DNA of 64,000 bases from Pecten maximus (Eukaryota). The translations under genes and the position numbers were made by a program. The DNA is taken from NCBI RefSeq assembly GCF_902652985.1, contig NC_047031.1, forward strand, positions 30,070,001-30,134,000, given 5' to 3'. Position 1 is the first letter of the stretch; each line of letters starts with the position of its first letter. Below, piece by piece: positions 24,850 to 36,109 of the stretch. Below the pieces are notes generated by a model. It saw only the letters and a program-made list of their open reading frames with translations. It was not told the DNA's origin and ran no database searches.

Positions 24850-25575
24850 TAGTGTCACACTTTCTCAGTGTGTGTAATAAAGGAACAGTGTCATACTTCT
24901 AGTGTGTGTAATGGAGGAACAGTGCCACACTTCTAGTGTGTGTAATGGAGGAACAGTGCCACACTTCTTCAGTGTGTGTAATGGAGGGACAGTGCCACAC
25001 TTATAATGTGTGTAATGGAGGAACAGTGCCACACTTATAATGTGTGTAATGGAGGAACAGTGCCACACTTCTTCAGTGTGTGTAATGGAGGAACAGTGCC
25101 ACACTTCTAGTGTGTGTAATGGAGGAACAGTGCCACGCTTCTTCAGTGTGTGTAATGGAGGAACAGTGCCACACTTCTTCAGTGTGTGTAATGAAGGGAC
25201 AGTGCCACACTTATAATGTGTGTAATGGAGGAACAGTGCCACACTTATAATGTGTGTAATGGAGGAACAGTGCCACACTTCTTCAGTGTGTGTAATGGAG
25301 GAACAGTGCCACACTTCTAGTGTGTGTAATGGAGGAACAGTGCCACGCTTCTTCAGTGTGTGTAATGGAGGAACAGTGCCACACTTCTTCAGTGTGTGTA
25401 ATGAAGGGACAGTGCCACACTTATAATGTGTGTAATGGAGGAACAGTGCCACACTTATAATGTGTGTAATGGAGGAACAATGCCACACTTCTTCAGTGTG
25501 TGTAATGGAGGGACAGTGCCACACTTATAATGTGTGTAATGGAGGAACAGTGCCACATTTCTTCAGTGTGTAATG
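24850..25575. repeat. 34/36-bp minisatellite with 210-bp higher-order unit, preceded by (TA)n
   Basis: GTGTGTAATGGAGGAACAGTGCCACACTT + ATAAT/CTAGT/CTTCAGT variants. Confidence 0.95.
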
Positions 25576-26629
25576 AAAGAGCTGTGGTATACTTCCTCAT
25601 TGTAAGTAGATAGTTTCACATGCATGTACACTCACTTCTTGTGTTTAATAGATCTAGGGATGCAATATGGTGTAGCTAGTGTCATACTTCTTAAATGGTA
25701 TGTAATATATCTGATTTACACTAACACTATGTATATTTTCATATTGAACATTCAATCAATCTTTAATTTTTTTTCCATTTTATTATTTGTTCTGTATTGC
25801 TGCTGGTATTTACAGTTTCATAATGAACCTCCTGCTCTTGTTGAATTTTATCATTGGATGGGTTTTATTTCTCATTGCAATAATATTATATATATTGTTT
25901 CAAATGTTACAGTTTTGGTGTAAGCTGTTGATCAATGGATGTCTCATAACTAGTACTGTATATATGTTGATCAAGCTTATGGTGTGTCACATAAATCAGC
26001 TGGACAATCTTCATAAGTCACATGATCTGTACATGTTCAACAATGGTTGTCACATGACTTGTTTTCACATTGCGGCTTACATATCTTGCAGACTATTTTC
26101 TAGTTGTGTTTATATTTGGTATTATGGTCCCCATGAGGGAATAGACTATCTCCTCATGTTCATGAGTCTAACTAAAAGATGCGGTCCTCCGACAGATCTT
26201 GTTTTCAATTTTAAGTTCAGATAAAATTAAACTGCTGAACCATAAAACATGCTGTGCTATTATCAAATAAATAACACCAGTTAATTACTAAAAATTTAAA
26301 ATATACATAAAAAATCACTATGATAGCTATGGCCTGTCATAGGTCTAAACAATTCCCATCGGCCCTTTAATTAAGTTTGCTATTAAGTAACATAGTAATG
26401 ATGCATCTATATGTAATCAATCAAAGACATATAGTCATATATTTTTTGTCTGTAATATAATTTTTAACTCATGATTAATATCTGAAAATTCTTAACTGTC
26501 TCATGCCTATGATATAATGGTTTCCATAAATAATTAAGAATTACCAAGTGACAACTGCCATCCTTAAAGTTCGTCTGCTAAAAAAATTCCGCTAAATAAC
26601 ACCATTCGAAAAGTCCGCCAATTACATTG

Positions 26630-27234
26630 TTCGGATACGATTTCCGTTTAGCGATTGTGATATGAAAAACCCCGAGAGTTTCGAGAGAATTAGCGAATGT
26701 GAAGGTCGAATTACCTGAAAATAACGAACCAATCAGCGTTGAGATAACAACTTCTCACACAGCGGAAAACATGGCGGCTTCAGGCATAAAATCAGCGATG
26801 CGTTATCAACAAAAGCCAGAGGCGAGCAACAGGGTAATTTTTAGATAGGAACACATGTGCAAGTAAGTTTGTTTCCTGCCTAAGTTTCATCGTTTAGAGA
26901 CTGGAGTGCTGACATGCGGTACTGTTGAAGCTACTCTCTAGAGACATTTCGTGTTATTCGCTGGACAGATGAGTGTCCGACTAAATAAAATCTGACTAAT
27001 TTTCGATGTTTTGTGACGTCTAGTGATAGTTCTATGACTATATATATAGTGAATTATATACCAAATTAAAGGGGGGGGCATTTGTCTGTCGATTGAGACC
27101 ATTACCAGCGGCACATCTTCGATGGTTTGTCTACAATTACAATTTTCCTGAAATTAGGTGGGTTATCTATGCCGATCGAGTTATTGACCTTGATTATATA
27201 TTGGGTGTATTGACAGACGAGGCTAGGACCTGTG
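26630..27234 (-). repeat. Right terminal inverted repeat (605 bp)
   Basis: Reverse complement of 11254-11857; ends ACCTGTG followed by TSD. Confidence 0.95.
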
Positions 27235-27242
27235 ATCTACAC

Positions 27243-27944
27243 ATAGAACATTAAATCCTATACACATAAGAACCAAAACACACATAACATTACATAATAT
27301 AGGCACAAGTAGCCGATAAACACATAGTTGTCAAAGTGTCTGTTTCAGTCGTGAATTTGTAAGTAACATGAAAGCAAGTGGGAATTTGTAGATGGTTAAA
27401 TAGACGAATAGTAATAGAAAAATGAAAAGATGGAAAGTACGCTACGCGCTAAGAAAAGTCGAATTTATGAATATGACAAAGCCGAAACGCGAAGCCTGGC
27501 AAGCTGACAATACCTCAGCTCGCTCACAATCTCCTACCTACGGTCACCCTACATACTTACGCACTCCTCCCGAACTAATTAGACAACACAAAATACAATT
27601 ACACAAATGTCAAAAAAGTCACAAAATCGCCATCTCTCTCAGATTCCGTCGACGAGGAGTCCGGATCTCCACCACTAAGCGAACAAAATCCTTCTCCACC
27701 GCACATCCATGATGTTTATGCCGGAAGTCAGGTTCTTTACCGCTGGGCTCGTTCGACAAGGAACATAATGTTACCGTCTGACATTGTGTAGTCGCCGCCT
27801 GGTTTCAATACTGTATGATTATCAAACCACGTTGGGCGCCATTTTGTCACCGGGGTGTGGAAATATTACCAGAGACAGAAGTAGTTCGTTTGATTGGTTA
27901 ATATCAGATCATAAAACCAGGCTTCTATATGGCGACAATTCAAC
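27243..27944 (-). mobile_element. Gypsy 5' region: LTR 3' remnant, tRNA-Lys PBS, leader (continues at 11253-9141)
   Basis: Minus strand ...GTGACA AAA TGGCGCCCAACGTGG (PBS 27827-27841), complementary to the tRNA-Lys(CTT) 3' end; co-oriented with SGNH and gag ORFs. Confidence 0.75.
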
Positions 27945-28388
27945 TCTTTCCTGGAGGGGGAGTATGTAACCCTGGTAAATACTAGCCGCAATATACCGCT
28001 CGGCTAGGGAGATCTTCTCTTTAGCTCGATCGGTTGAGCGTTAGACTAGTAAGCCAGGGGTCCCGGGTTCGATCCCTAGCGGAGGCAGTGATTTAAATTT
28101 AATTAATCATGCGCTCTGTTACATTGGCGCCCATGTAGGGACTCGGGAATGATACTCATCGCTGCTTGCGAAAGCATCGCTGTTACCCCTGGAAAACTCG
28201 AGGACGAGTTCTTTCCTGGAGGGGGAGTATGTAACCCTGGTAAATACTGGCCGCAATATACCGCTCGGCTAGGGAGATCTTCTCTTTAGCTCGATCGGTT
28301 GAGCGTAAGACTAATAAACCAGAGGTCCCGGGTTCGACCCCTAGCGGAGGCAGTGATTTAAATTCAATTTATCATGCGCTCTGTTACA
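27945..28388 (+). repeat. Right TRIM block: PPT, LTR-B, internal, LTR-A
   Basis: Direct repeat of the 8650-9140 units. Confidence 0.9.
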
Positions 28389-28964
28389 TATATATTTACA
28401 TGATCCTCGTTATCAAGACAAATACAGTAAAGCTGTAATGGGAAATAACGAAATAAAAGCTGAAAAATATTGTACTAATCGCCAGAAATATTCTGACGTC
28501 ATTAATATGTTTAACATCAATTGACAATATAGGTCGTGTGGATTCTTATAGAAAACTAATCCTACACTGTGTGAATTATTGAAAAGGTTTCTTGGTGGTT
28601 TAATCACATTCTATTTCCTCTAAAATTCGCAGGGTGACTGTTATCGGGTCACCGTAACGTAAATATGATGTAATCTACAGTGGACAGCGTGGTCAGTCAA
28701 GTCGTGGTCATCTCGAGTCCAGGTGGAGATAACCTGCGATATTAACTTCACGAACTCGCGCACCTGCTAAAATAACCCGATCAAGTGGACAACGATGTCT
28801 GTCGTTATCATCCAACTCTCTTATAACAGGAGTTAACAGCGTTTATCATTTCTGTCATAGAGCCAGTATATATGGTTCAGTTTAGTTTCGAATATCAAAA
28901 CATTTGTTTTGAAATCACTTAACGATCCGACTTGACAGGCTCCAGGGCTGTTTATCTTTTCGAT

Positions 28965-29884
28965 ATGAAGGAGACCATAGTTTTTGCGATGGCGGTTCTC
29001 GGAGGTAAGGTTTTGAACTCTTAACTCATATTTTCCTATAAAAAATAAAATAAAAAGGGATTTGTTTAGGAAGTTAGTATTGCTGTACATTTATATACCA
29101 CGTGACTTACAATAACGTACTGGACGGACACTATTTCACTCTACAGAATGTCCTACTATTTTCTATAAGAATTGGTTTTGACTCAGTTGCTGAAGGTTTC
29201 TTCATGGACGGGTTTCAAGGAGGTCACTTTGGACCAGGAAGTTTTCATTCGGCGTACTCGGGTTGTGTTGGTCTTCACCACTACTGTCCAATCTCTCCTA
29301 ATCTGTGTCCGAACGGATTCGCCAAGGACACACACGGATGCCCACTATGTCATTGTGCGGAAGGGTCAACGTCCACAGGTAAGTGATGACGTCGCTGATG
29401 ACAAAGACATCAATCCAAAGCATCATCGCAAATGCCCTCACTGAATGTTATGGTTACAATGTAGCATTTACTTCAAGGAATTAAAAATTGCAGTCGTGAT
29501 ATTTTTTATATGACCGTTCCAATCTCCACGTGCTATGGAGTCGTTTTCATAGCGTCATTTAAAGTATGACGTCATTCCTTACAGATCCGGCACAGCAGAC
29601 AGTACACCATCATATTCATAACGCATGCATTCCAAGCCAGGCGAGCTGCACGTTGGCGTGTGACGTATACGTGAAGGGTGGTACCGGATGTGAATTTTGT
29701 ATGTGTGACCACAGCCATCAGACCGACAGCCCGACTACAACCATTGCTGGTAACATGGCAACACGCAACATCCTGGTTAAGATTTTAGCTTCCTATTTCA
29801 TCATACTTATGAAGTGTTTGTTGTCGTATTTCAACCCATCAATCATATTTTGGATGCAGTTTTTCAGTTTCGTTTAAATATATC

Positions 29885-29918
<34 letters not shown>

Positions 29919-30520
29919 ATTGTAACGCTTTGGATATTATATATTTTCTTTCTTTTCTCACCGTTCTGTCTTTCTATGCTTTCTATGATCTTTTGCGCGA
30001 GGACGTTAAAGTTAAAAACAACGTGAATCATCATTTCAATCATACTGAATCTAGTTATACATGTAGTTATTTTAGTATTTTATCCAACGATGTACAACAT
30101 AACTAGATAGAGACACGGGTAACTTATCACAGCGTTAACTTATCACAGCGTTAAATTTTATTCCTCTTTCCTACTTGTATAGGTATTGTTTGTTTTTCGC
30201 ATCCAAAGTATTGTCAGAAAATATAGTCTCGGCTTTGGAGGGAACATGGAAGAATAGATTAGGGATCCGTGCCAGATAGCTGAATCTTTAAACATCATTA
30301 ATAATGATTTCTCACGCGTGTTTCAGCAAATACAACAGATGAGAAGGTATCATCTACCGAAACCCCAACCGCAGAGCTTCCGACTTCTACCGGAAAAGCT
30401 ACAACTGCGTCCCGCGACTGCGCACTAGCTACCCAGATCTGTATCGCTCAGTGTGGCGGGAAATATCTAGTGGACCCCAACGACTGTACTTTCTGTGTGT
30501 GTAGGGCCGACATCGGCTGA
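28965..30520 (+). CDS. Secreted antistasin-like protein paralogue, 3 domains, 4 coding exons
   Basis: Exons 28965-29004 (MKETIVFAMAVLG), 29187-29378, 29585-29749, 30327-30520(TGA); all phase 1, GT-AG; CPNGFAKDTHGCPLCHC, CDVYVKGGTGCEFCMC, CGGKYLVDPNDCTFCVC. Confidence 0.8.
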
Positions 30521-32502
30521 GGTGAGACTCTGACAGATCAACTGACAGAAGGTCAGCGCCTGCCTAATGTCAAGGTCATAGAATATATCTAGTTTTTCTA
30601 TCAAGGTCAACACATGTCAAGGTCATTATGCCAAGCATCTGATTGTGAAACACAAAGACAATTATCTCATGAAAGCATCACTTTCTTAGTTTCAATGTCA
30701 CCATGTACATCATGCTAAGGTCGTTACACGTTCAGAAATATGCTTTTGTTTCTTTAGGATATACATCGACGTAGTTTTAATGTTCATTTTACAAGTCTCT
30801 GGTTATTCAAAACACTGTGTTGTTGTCATATATGTATATGAAGGCAATAGAATTAAGCGAAAATTAATCAAACATCAAATTACCTTTAATGTGTGTTTTT
30901 ATTTAAAAACAATAGAAGATTGAGATAAACATTGTGTATACCTGTACACCGGAAATTGGTACTAAGGAGGTGGGTTACTACACACAGACAGGTTTTACAA
31001 AGGTTTGCAGTGTTTTGAACGTTTACACCGTTTACAGTACTATCCCTTTCCAACCTTTATATATGTGATATTAAGACTCCTATATTTGCCATTTTCTCAA
31101 CAGATATATATGTAAGTACTGGAAACCTGTTGTATGGTACCGCAATCACAGCGGGAGTTGACGACGAATCACGATAGTGGATCATTAACATCTCCCTGGC
31201 TACACACTTCATGTTATTTGAATGTACATGTATTAGGGTATATAAGTTTGTATGTATACCCGATGCCTTTATAACGTTATGCGTACTTTTCTTGACAAAA
31301 TAAAAATGATCAAGCAAGATCAACCCTAACCCTCAAACAAAACATTGGATCCGACTTGTTTATAACTTTCTGGTCTCACACTTGTGTACGAATTTGTCAA
31401 ACACATGTGTACCAACTAGTCAAAATGCATGATGATTATCATCAGAGAAACTCCAAACATCCCTTATACAACTGTCGCTATGATTGTGGAGCTAGGCAGC
31501 ATGTGTCGATTTTAACACCAATGTTTGTCAAGAAATTGTATAATACAATGGCTCAAAGAATCACATATGGATCACATGTGTAACATGTTTGAAAGGGAGT
31601 GTAGCCACACTATGTACGGTGTAATACATAAAATGCTGCATCAGCAACGTTTTGCAAAACCTAGCTGTGTGTCCTTAGTTTTCGACATGCTAAGTATAAA
31701 TTTCTGGTGTACTGGTGTACAAGGTGATGGGAGAAAGGATAAATGACTTGTTAAAACATCAGAGAGCTTGTGACAGAACATCCTTTTATGCAAAAAGGCC
31801 AGTCCTCTCAATGTCGTACAATTTGCAGATGGTATTTAATATCATTAATTACCATAGTTCAACTTAGATAACCTTCCATTTAGATGTAAGACAGCTTTGA
31901 TATCAGCACATATTGTAGATAATAATTTTCTTTCATTTTCAGCCCATGTGTTCTTCAGAGTTCTCATGCTATGTCACAAGAGTATAGCTTTGTTATTATT
32001 TATTCTGATAAATTTTGTAAACATGATGAATAAATTTAATAATTGTTCAACATTTGATCTTTTTTCGATGTTTTCACTTAAAAAGACCCTTTTCTAGCAT
32101 TTTAAGAAATTCTTTTTTTCGGAAACCTCACGGTATTAAATAGAACTTGGCTTCAACGCGTGAGGAAACCCTATTTTTACATAATGTTGGTGATCTTTAC
32201 CTACGCAGAATCGCTCTCCCCCTCTTCGTTTTGTCCCCCAAGGGAGGTGAAAAAACCGGAAATTTTCATGTTATCGCTTCGCGGACTTGCCTACAAATGA
32301 TTATCATCTCTTCATCACGTAGGGCGAGATAAAAAAAAAACAAGTTTATGTTACTTTCGCTTCGCGGGATGTACTAACGAAGACAATCGTCTTTTCGTGT
32401 CGTAGCGATGGAGTGAATGTTATCGCCTTTTTTGCGGATATCGTGATCACCGAAGCACGATTCTCATTTTGATTTATCAGAGTTACTTCCCTTTCGTCAG
32501 TA

Positions 32503-32960
32503 TAGGACTGAGACCACAATTAAGTACTTCTGGGTTCAGGCCCCACGAATGAAGTCCCCTCAAAAATGTATGTATTTCAGGAAAACAAATCAAATGCCTC
32601 TTTGAACTTGATTTCTGTTGATGAATTTAATGTGGATTTATAGTAGAGATGTCAATCTAGGTTTTGTGATGTAAAATAATAATATTGATCATTTATTATG
32701 TGCTCCAGGACCCTGTGTGATGAGTCCTACTTTGACCTCTACCCTTGACCCGGATGTATATAATCCACGTTGGTGACACATTTTGACAGCTATCTCAAGA
32801 AAATGCCGAACATGCTGGGTTGAAACTTTTATATTTTGCTTCTCAGATGTTGGTCTTGGGCAGGTGAGATGGAAAGTTGCATATGAGATTTTGGGAATTT
32901 ATTATGAATTTTAATGTTATAATGAAACATATAGCGAAGCTAATTGTGGTCTCGGTCCTA
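32503..32960. mobile_element. MITE with 20-bp TIR and 4-bp TSD AGTA
   Basis: TAGGACTGAGACCACAATTA / TAATTGTGGTCTCGGTCCTA; AGTA both sides; sits within an older hairpin (ATCAGAGTTACTTCCCTT / AAGGGAGATAACTCTGAT). Confidence 0.7.
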
Positions 32961-33533
32961 AGTATAGTGCACCGACAGAGTGAGACGAAGGGAGATAACT
33001 CTGATAGATCAGAATGTGTTGTCTCACGCGGTGGGCGAAATTACGATGCCTAGTGGGTCAAAATACTTAAAACAACAGGGGGATCATATAATGTCGCTAA
33101 ACATCAACTTGCTTTCGTTTCCTTATTTCGTTCGGACGCTACAAAAATGTCACCAATGATGTAAATTAAGGTCGAACGACTGGTATACAATACTTTATTC
33201 TAATTTTAAATTTGTTTCTTTCAAGAAAAAATATTTACAATTGTGTTACAAAAGAAAACTTGCATTGTAGGTAAGTTTTCATAAGTTGGAAAAATAAGAT
33301 ATGACGCAATACTGCACTTTGGACTTTTACATGTATTCTATAAATTCATGTCATGTTGATATTATTAACATAGTAACACAACTGACGAAGGAAGACAACT
33401 TTATGACTCGTGCTCTGACCGGGTCTCGAACTTTCAACGGAGAGAATCGCTCGATTGACCAGTCTGTTCCATTCTGTCTTTGTCGGAAACTCCATAAGAT
33501 TCGTGTTAAGATGTCCAATAAGTTAGTATTTGG

Positions 33534-33790
33534 TCAGAATAGTGACAATATCGGAATAAATCTTTCTTGTGGTTTCATTCTTAAACCTTCGGGTGCCATA
33601 AAATATTGATTCGTATACGTGAGAAAAAACAGCTGTACAGTGTATTTACTATCTAGTGAGATTAGTTTCTGTAGGGGAAAAAAAAGCTTCTTCTTGAAAA
33701 TTTCAACTTCAATTCTTGTGAGACCAAGAATACTTTCAACCATATCGGAGCGGGTAGATTTACGGACGTTTAGTATGTGTTTCACTACAT
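33534..33790 (-). pseudogene. Old non-LTR retrotransposon ORF2 fragment
   Basis: KHILNVRKSTRSDMVESILGL resembles the post-RT region of LINEs. Confidence 0.45.
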
Positions 33791-34131
33791 AGTGTTAAAA
33801 CTGTCGGATAGACTCAATGTCCGAAATGGTCAACTGGGACCAGTGTTCACAGCTGTAGAGAATCGAGGGAAAGATCTTTCTCTGTACAATTTTACCTTGA
33901 TAAATGGGCCGATGCCACACGTACACGTATTAAACTTTTTAAATTCAAAATATAGCGTGCAATAAACTTCAGCCTGTTTTACATGCTCGGTCAATACGTT
34001 CTTACTTCGGTAGTGATGTACTAAATAGCGTGCCGAGGTGAACGTGAGATGGTTTGGGACTCGATCGCCACTTTGCCCTAGTAGCCATTTTGATTTGGGT
34101 CTCTTGGCACGAAAATTTCCAAAAATTAGGA

Positions 34132-35642
34132 TTCAGATTCAGATATGTTTATTAAAGTGTCACGTATTGATACATAAAATATACATAAAATACAAGCATA
34201 ATTTCATTAAAAACGTTAAAATGCATCAACACCCAGCCATATTTGGCTTATGAGACACTACTGCAGTAAAATCTTGAGAGTCAATTAATATTAAGACTTA
34301 TTGATAAAAAGTTTTGTCTTCTTTGGTACATATCAAACAATAACCTGGCGACGTCTTTTTGCAAATTATCTTCTTTCATAAGAAATATTAATTTATCTTT
34401 GCTGTTTAAAGCATTAAAATTCTGTAAATTAGCTTCTGCTTTATTAAAAACTAAAAGTCTCAAGTCAGAGTAAAAATCGCAATCAATAAAAAAGTGAGTT
34501 TCATCCTCAACATGATTTGATGTACAATATATACATTTCCTTTCTTGTAAAGGAATTATTGGCCTGGCGTATCTACCCGTTTCTATAGCTAATGGCAGAG
34601 AACCACTTCTAAAATTAGATAAAATTCTTCTGTGTGATCTATTTCTAATATTTTTAACATAAAAACTTGTACTAATTTCATTTTTATATAGGCGGTAGGT
34701 ACGCAACTTATTACCTTTTACACGGTTACTATCATTAAAAAGATCATTTCTCCAATCTATCTGATCTCGATTATCCAATATCCGCTTAATATCACGAAGT
34801 TTACATTAAGTCGAGCGTTGACTGTTCATTACATCAGATAATCCAAAACTGTGTATAATAGCGTCACATTTTCTTCTCCAAGAGTTAGCAATATGGTCTG
34901 TAGCATTATATATAGTTTTAGTTAAACGGGGTTCTTCCGCACCGTGTAGTCGTAGACGTAGACGTAGTACTTCAATAATTTGCTTGTGATGTGTCGACAT
35001 GAATCCCATAACGCCTCGACTTGCTGTATTTGAAGAGTTTTTCGAAGATCCTAGAAATAATCTACACGCCTTATTCTGTATATTTTTCACATGTGTCCAT
35101 TTCGATATTCCCCATATTCCAGCACCGTAGTAGAGTACAGGTTCCACGAGGTTACGATATAATTTTTCAAATACATCAAAGGAAAACCCTCCACTTGAAA
35201 GGAACTTAATATATAAAGCAGATAGTGCCCTGCTCGCTGATTTAGTAATATTTTGTTCTGTATATTTGAAGTCCATAAATTCATTAAACGTTAATCCTAG
35301 ATAACGGTACGAGGTTTCGTAATCAATACGTTGATCTCCACACTTAAATATGTAGTTTGATCTGGGTGAATTTTTTCCCCTGAAGTGTAAAACTTAAAAA
35401 GTATTTATAGACATCCTCCACTTGCGACACCAGGAGTTAACAACATCCAACATTTTTTGTAGACTTATTTCATCTTCAGCAATTAATGCAATGTCATCTG
35501 CATATAGTAATATTGCTAGATTTTGTCCATTTATACTCGTTCCACAATTCAAAGAGTGGATTTCGTCGACAATGTCATTAACATATATAGAAAAAAGTGT
35601 TGGAGACAATTTACAGCCTTGTTTCGCTCCGAATTTAATAAA
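34132..35642 (-). mobile_element. 5'-truncated non-LTR retrotransposon (RT and C-terminal Cys/His motif), disrupted
   Basis: GAKQGCKLSPTLFSIYVND, LLYADD, LAIETGRY..ERKCIYC..VEDETHF..C; AATAAA + (CTGAAT)n tail; 11-bp TSD AAAAATTAGGA (34121-34131, 35643-35653). Confidence 0.85.
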
Positions 35643-36109
35643 AAAAATTAGGACGGGAGATTTGGAATTATTGAGGGAGAATTTCCACGTAGTGCTGTGC
35701 TCTTAACCAATGTCCAGTATGCTCTGGACAGCGGACGGAGAGCGGCTGGACAGCGGCCGGAGAGACAGAAATGAAGGTAATGTCCTCAGCCAGTGTGGGA
35801 TTTACAGCGAGCGTCGATAGAACTTAACTCCACAATTTGACGTCCTGTGAGTGCAATGGGATGTCATATCATCAAATATTTATATAGTTGAAAAATGAAA
35901 ATCATAGCACCAGGAATGTTTGCCGTTGTCTAGTCGATTATTGGTTGAATGCTACACATTTGTTAAATACTTATGATTCATATTACGCTTTTTGATGACA
36001 GTTTTAATTGTAGACATGAAAATACGAGAATTTAAAACTTAATTAACTTTCATTTAACGCCATGGAACAAAATAACATCATCCAACGGACTGTATCAAAA
36101 TCCCACGTA

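Larger units (their letters stand above)
11254..27234. mobile_element. P-superfamily DNA transposon, 15,981 bp, encoding a transposase and a PIF1 helicase-PHD protein
   Basis: TIRs 11254-11857 and 26630-27234 starting CACAGG, differing only in a homopolymer run and one substitution; 8-bp TSD ATCTACAC at 11246-11253 and 27235-27242; P-type transposase inside. Confidence 0.92.
8650..28388 (+). mobile_element. tRNA-containing TRIM (Helenus-like) tandem array with internal cargo
   Basis: Four 159-bp LTRs TGTAAC...GTTACA (8650-8808, 8915-9073, 27965-28123, 28230-28388); PBS TGGCGCCCATGTAGGG after LTR1-3; PPT GGAGGGGGAG before LTR2-4; TSD TATA at 8646-8649 and 28389-28392; Pol III A/B boxes in each LTR. 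Confidence 0.85.

Noticed and set aside
24850-25575. CRISPR-like array (also 48143-49320, 61010-63205)
   Set aside because: No unique spacers, no cas genes, eukaryotic context; these are simple minisatellites
29886-29918. Poly-Pro ORF
   Set aside because: Intronic poly-C run
31050-31800. Coding-like fragments
   Set aside because: Short broken ORFs with no recognisable motif
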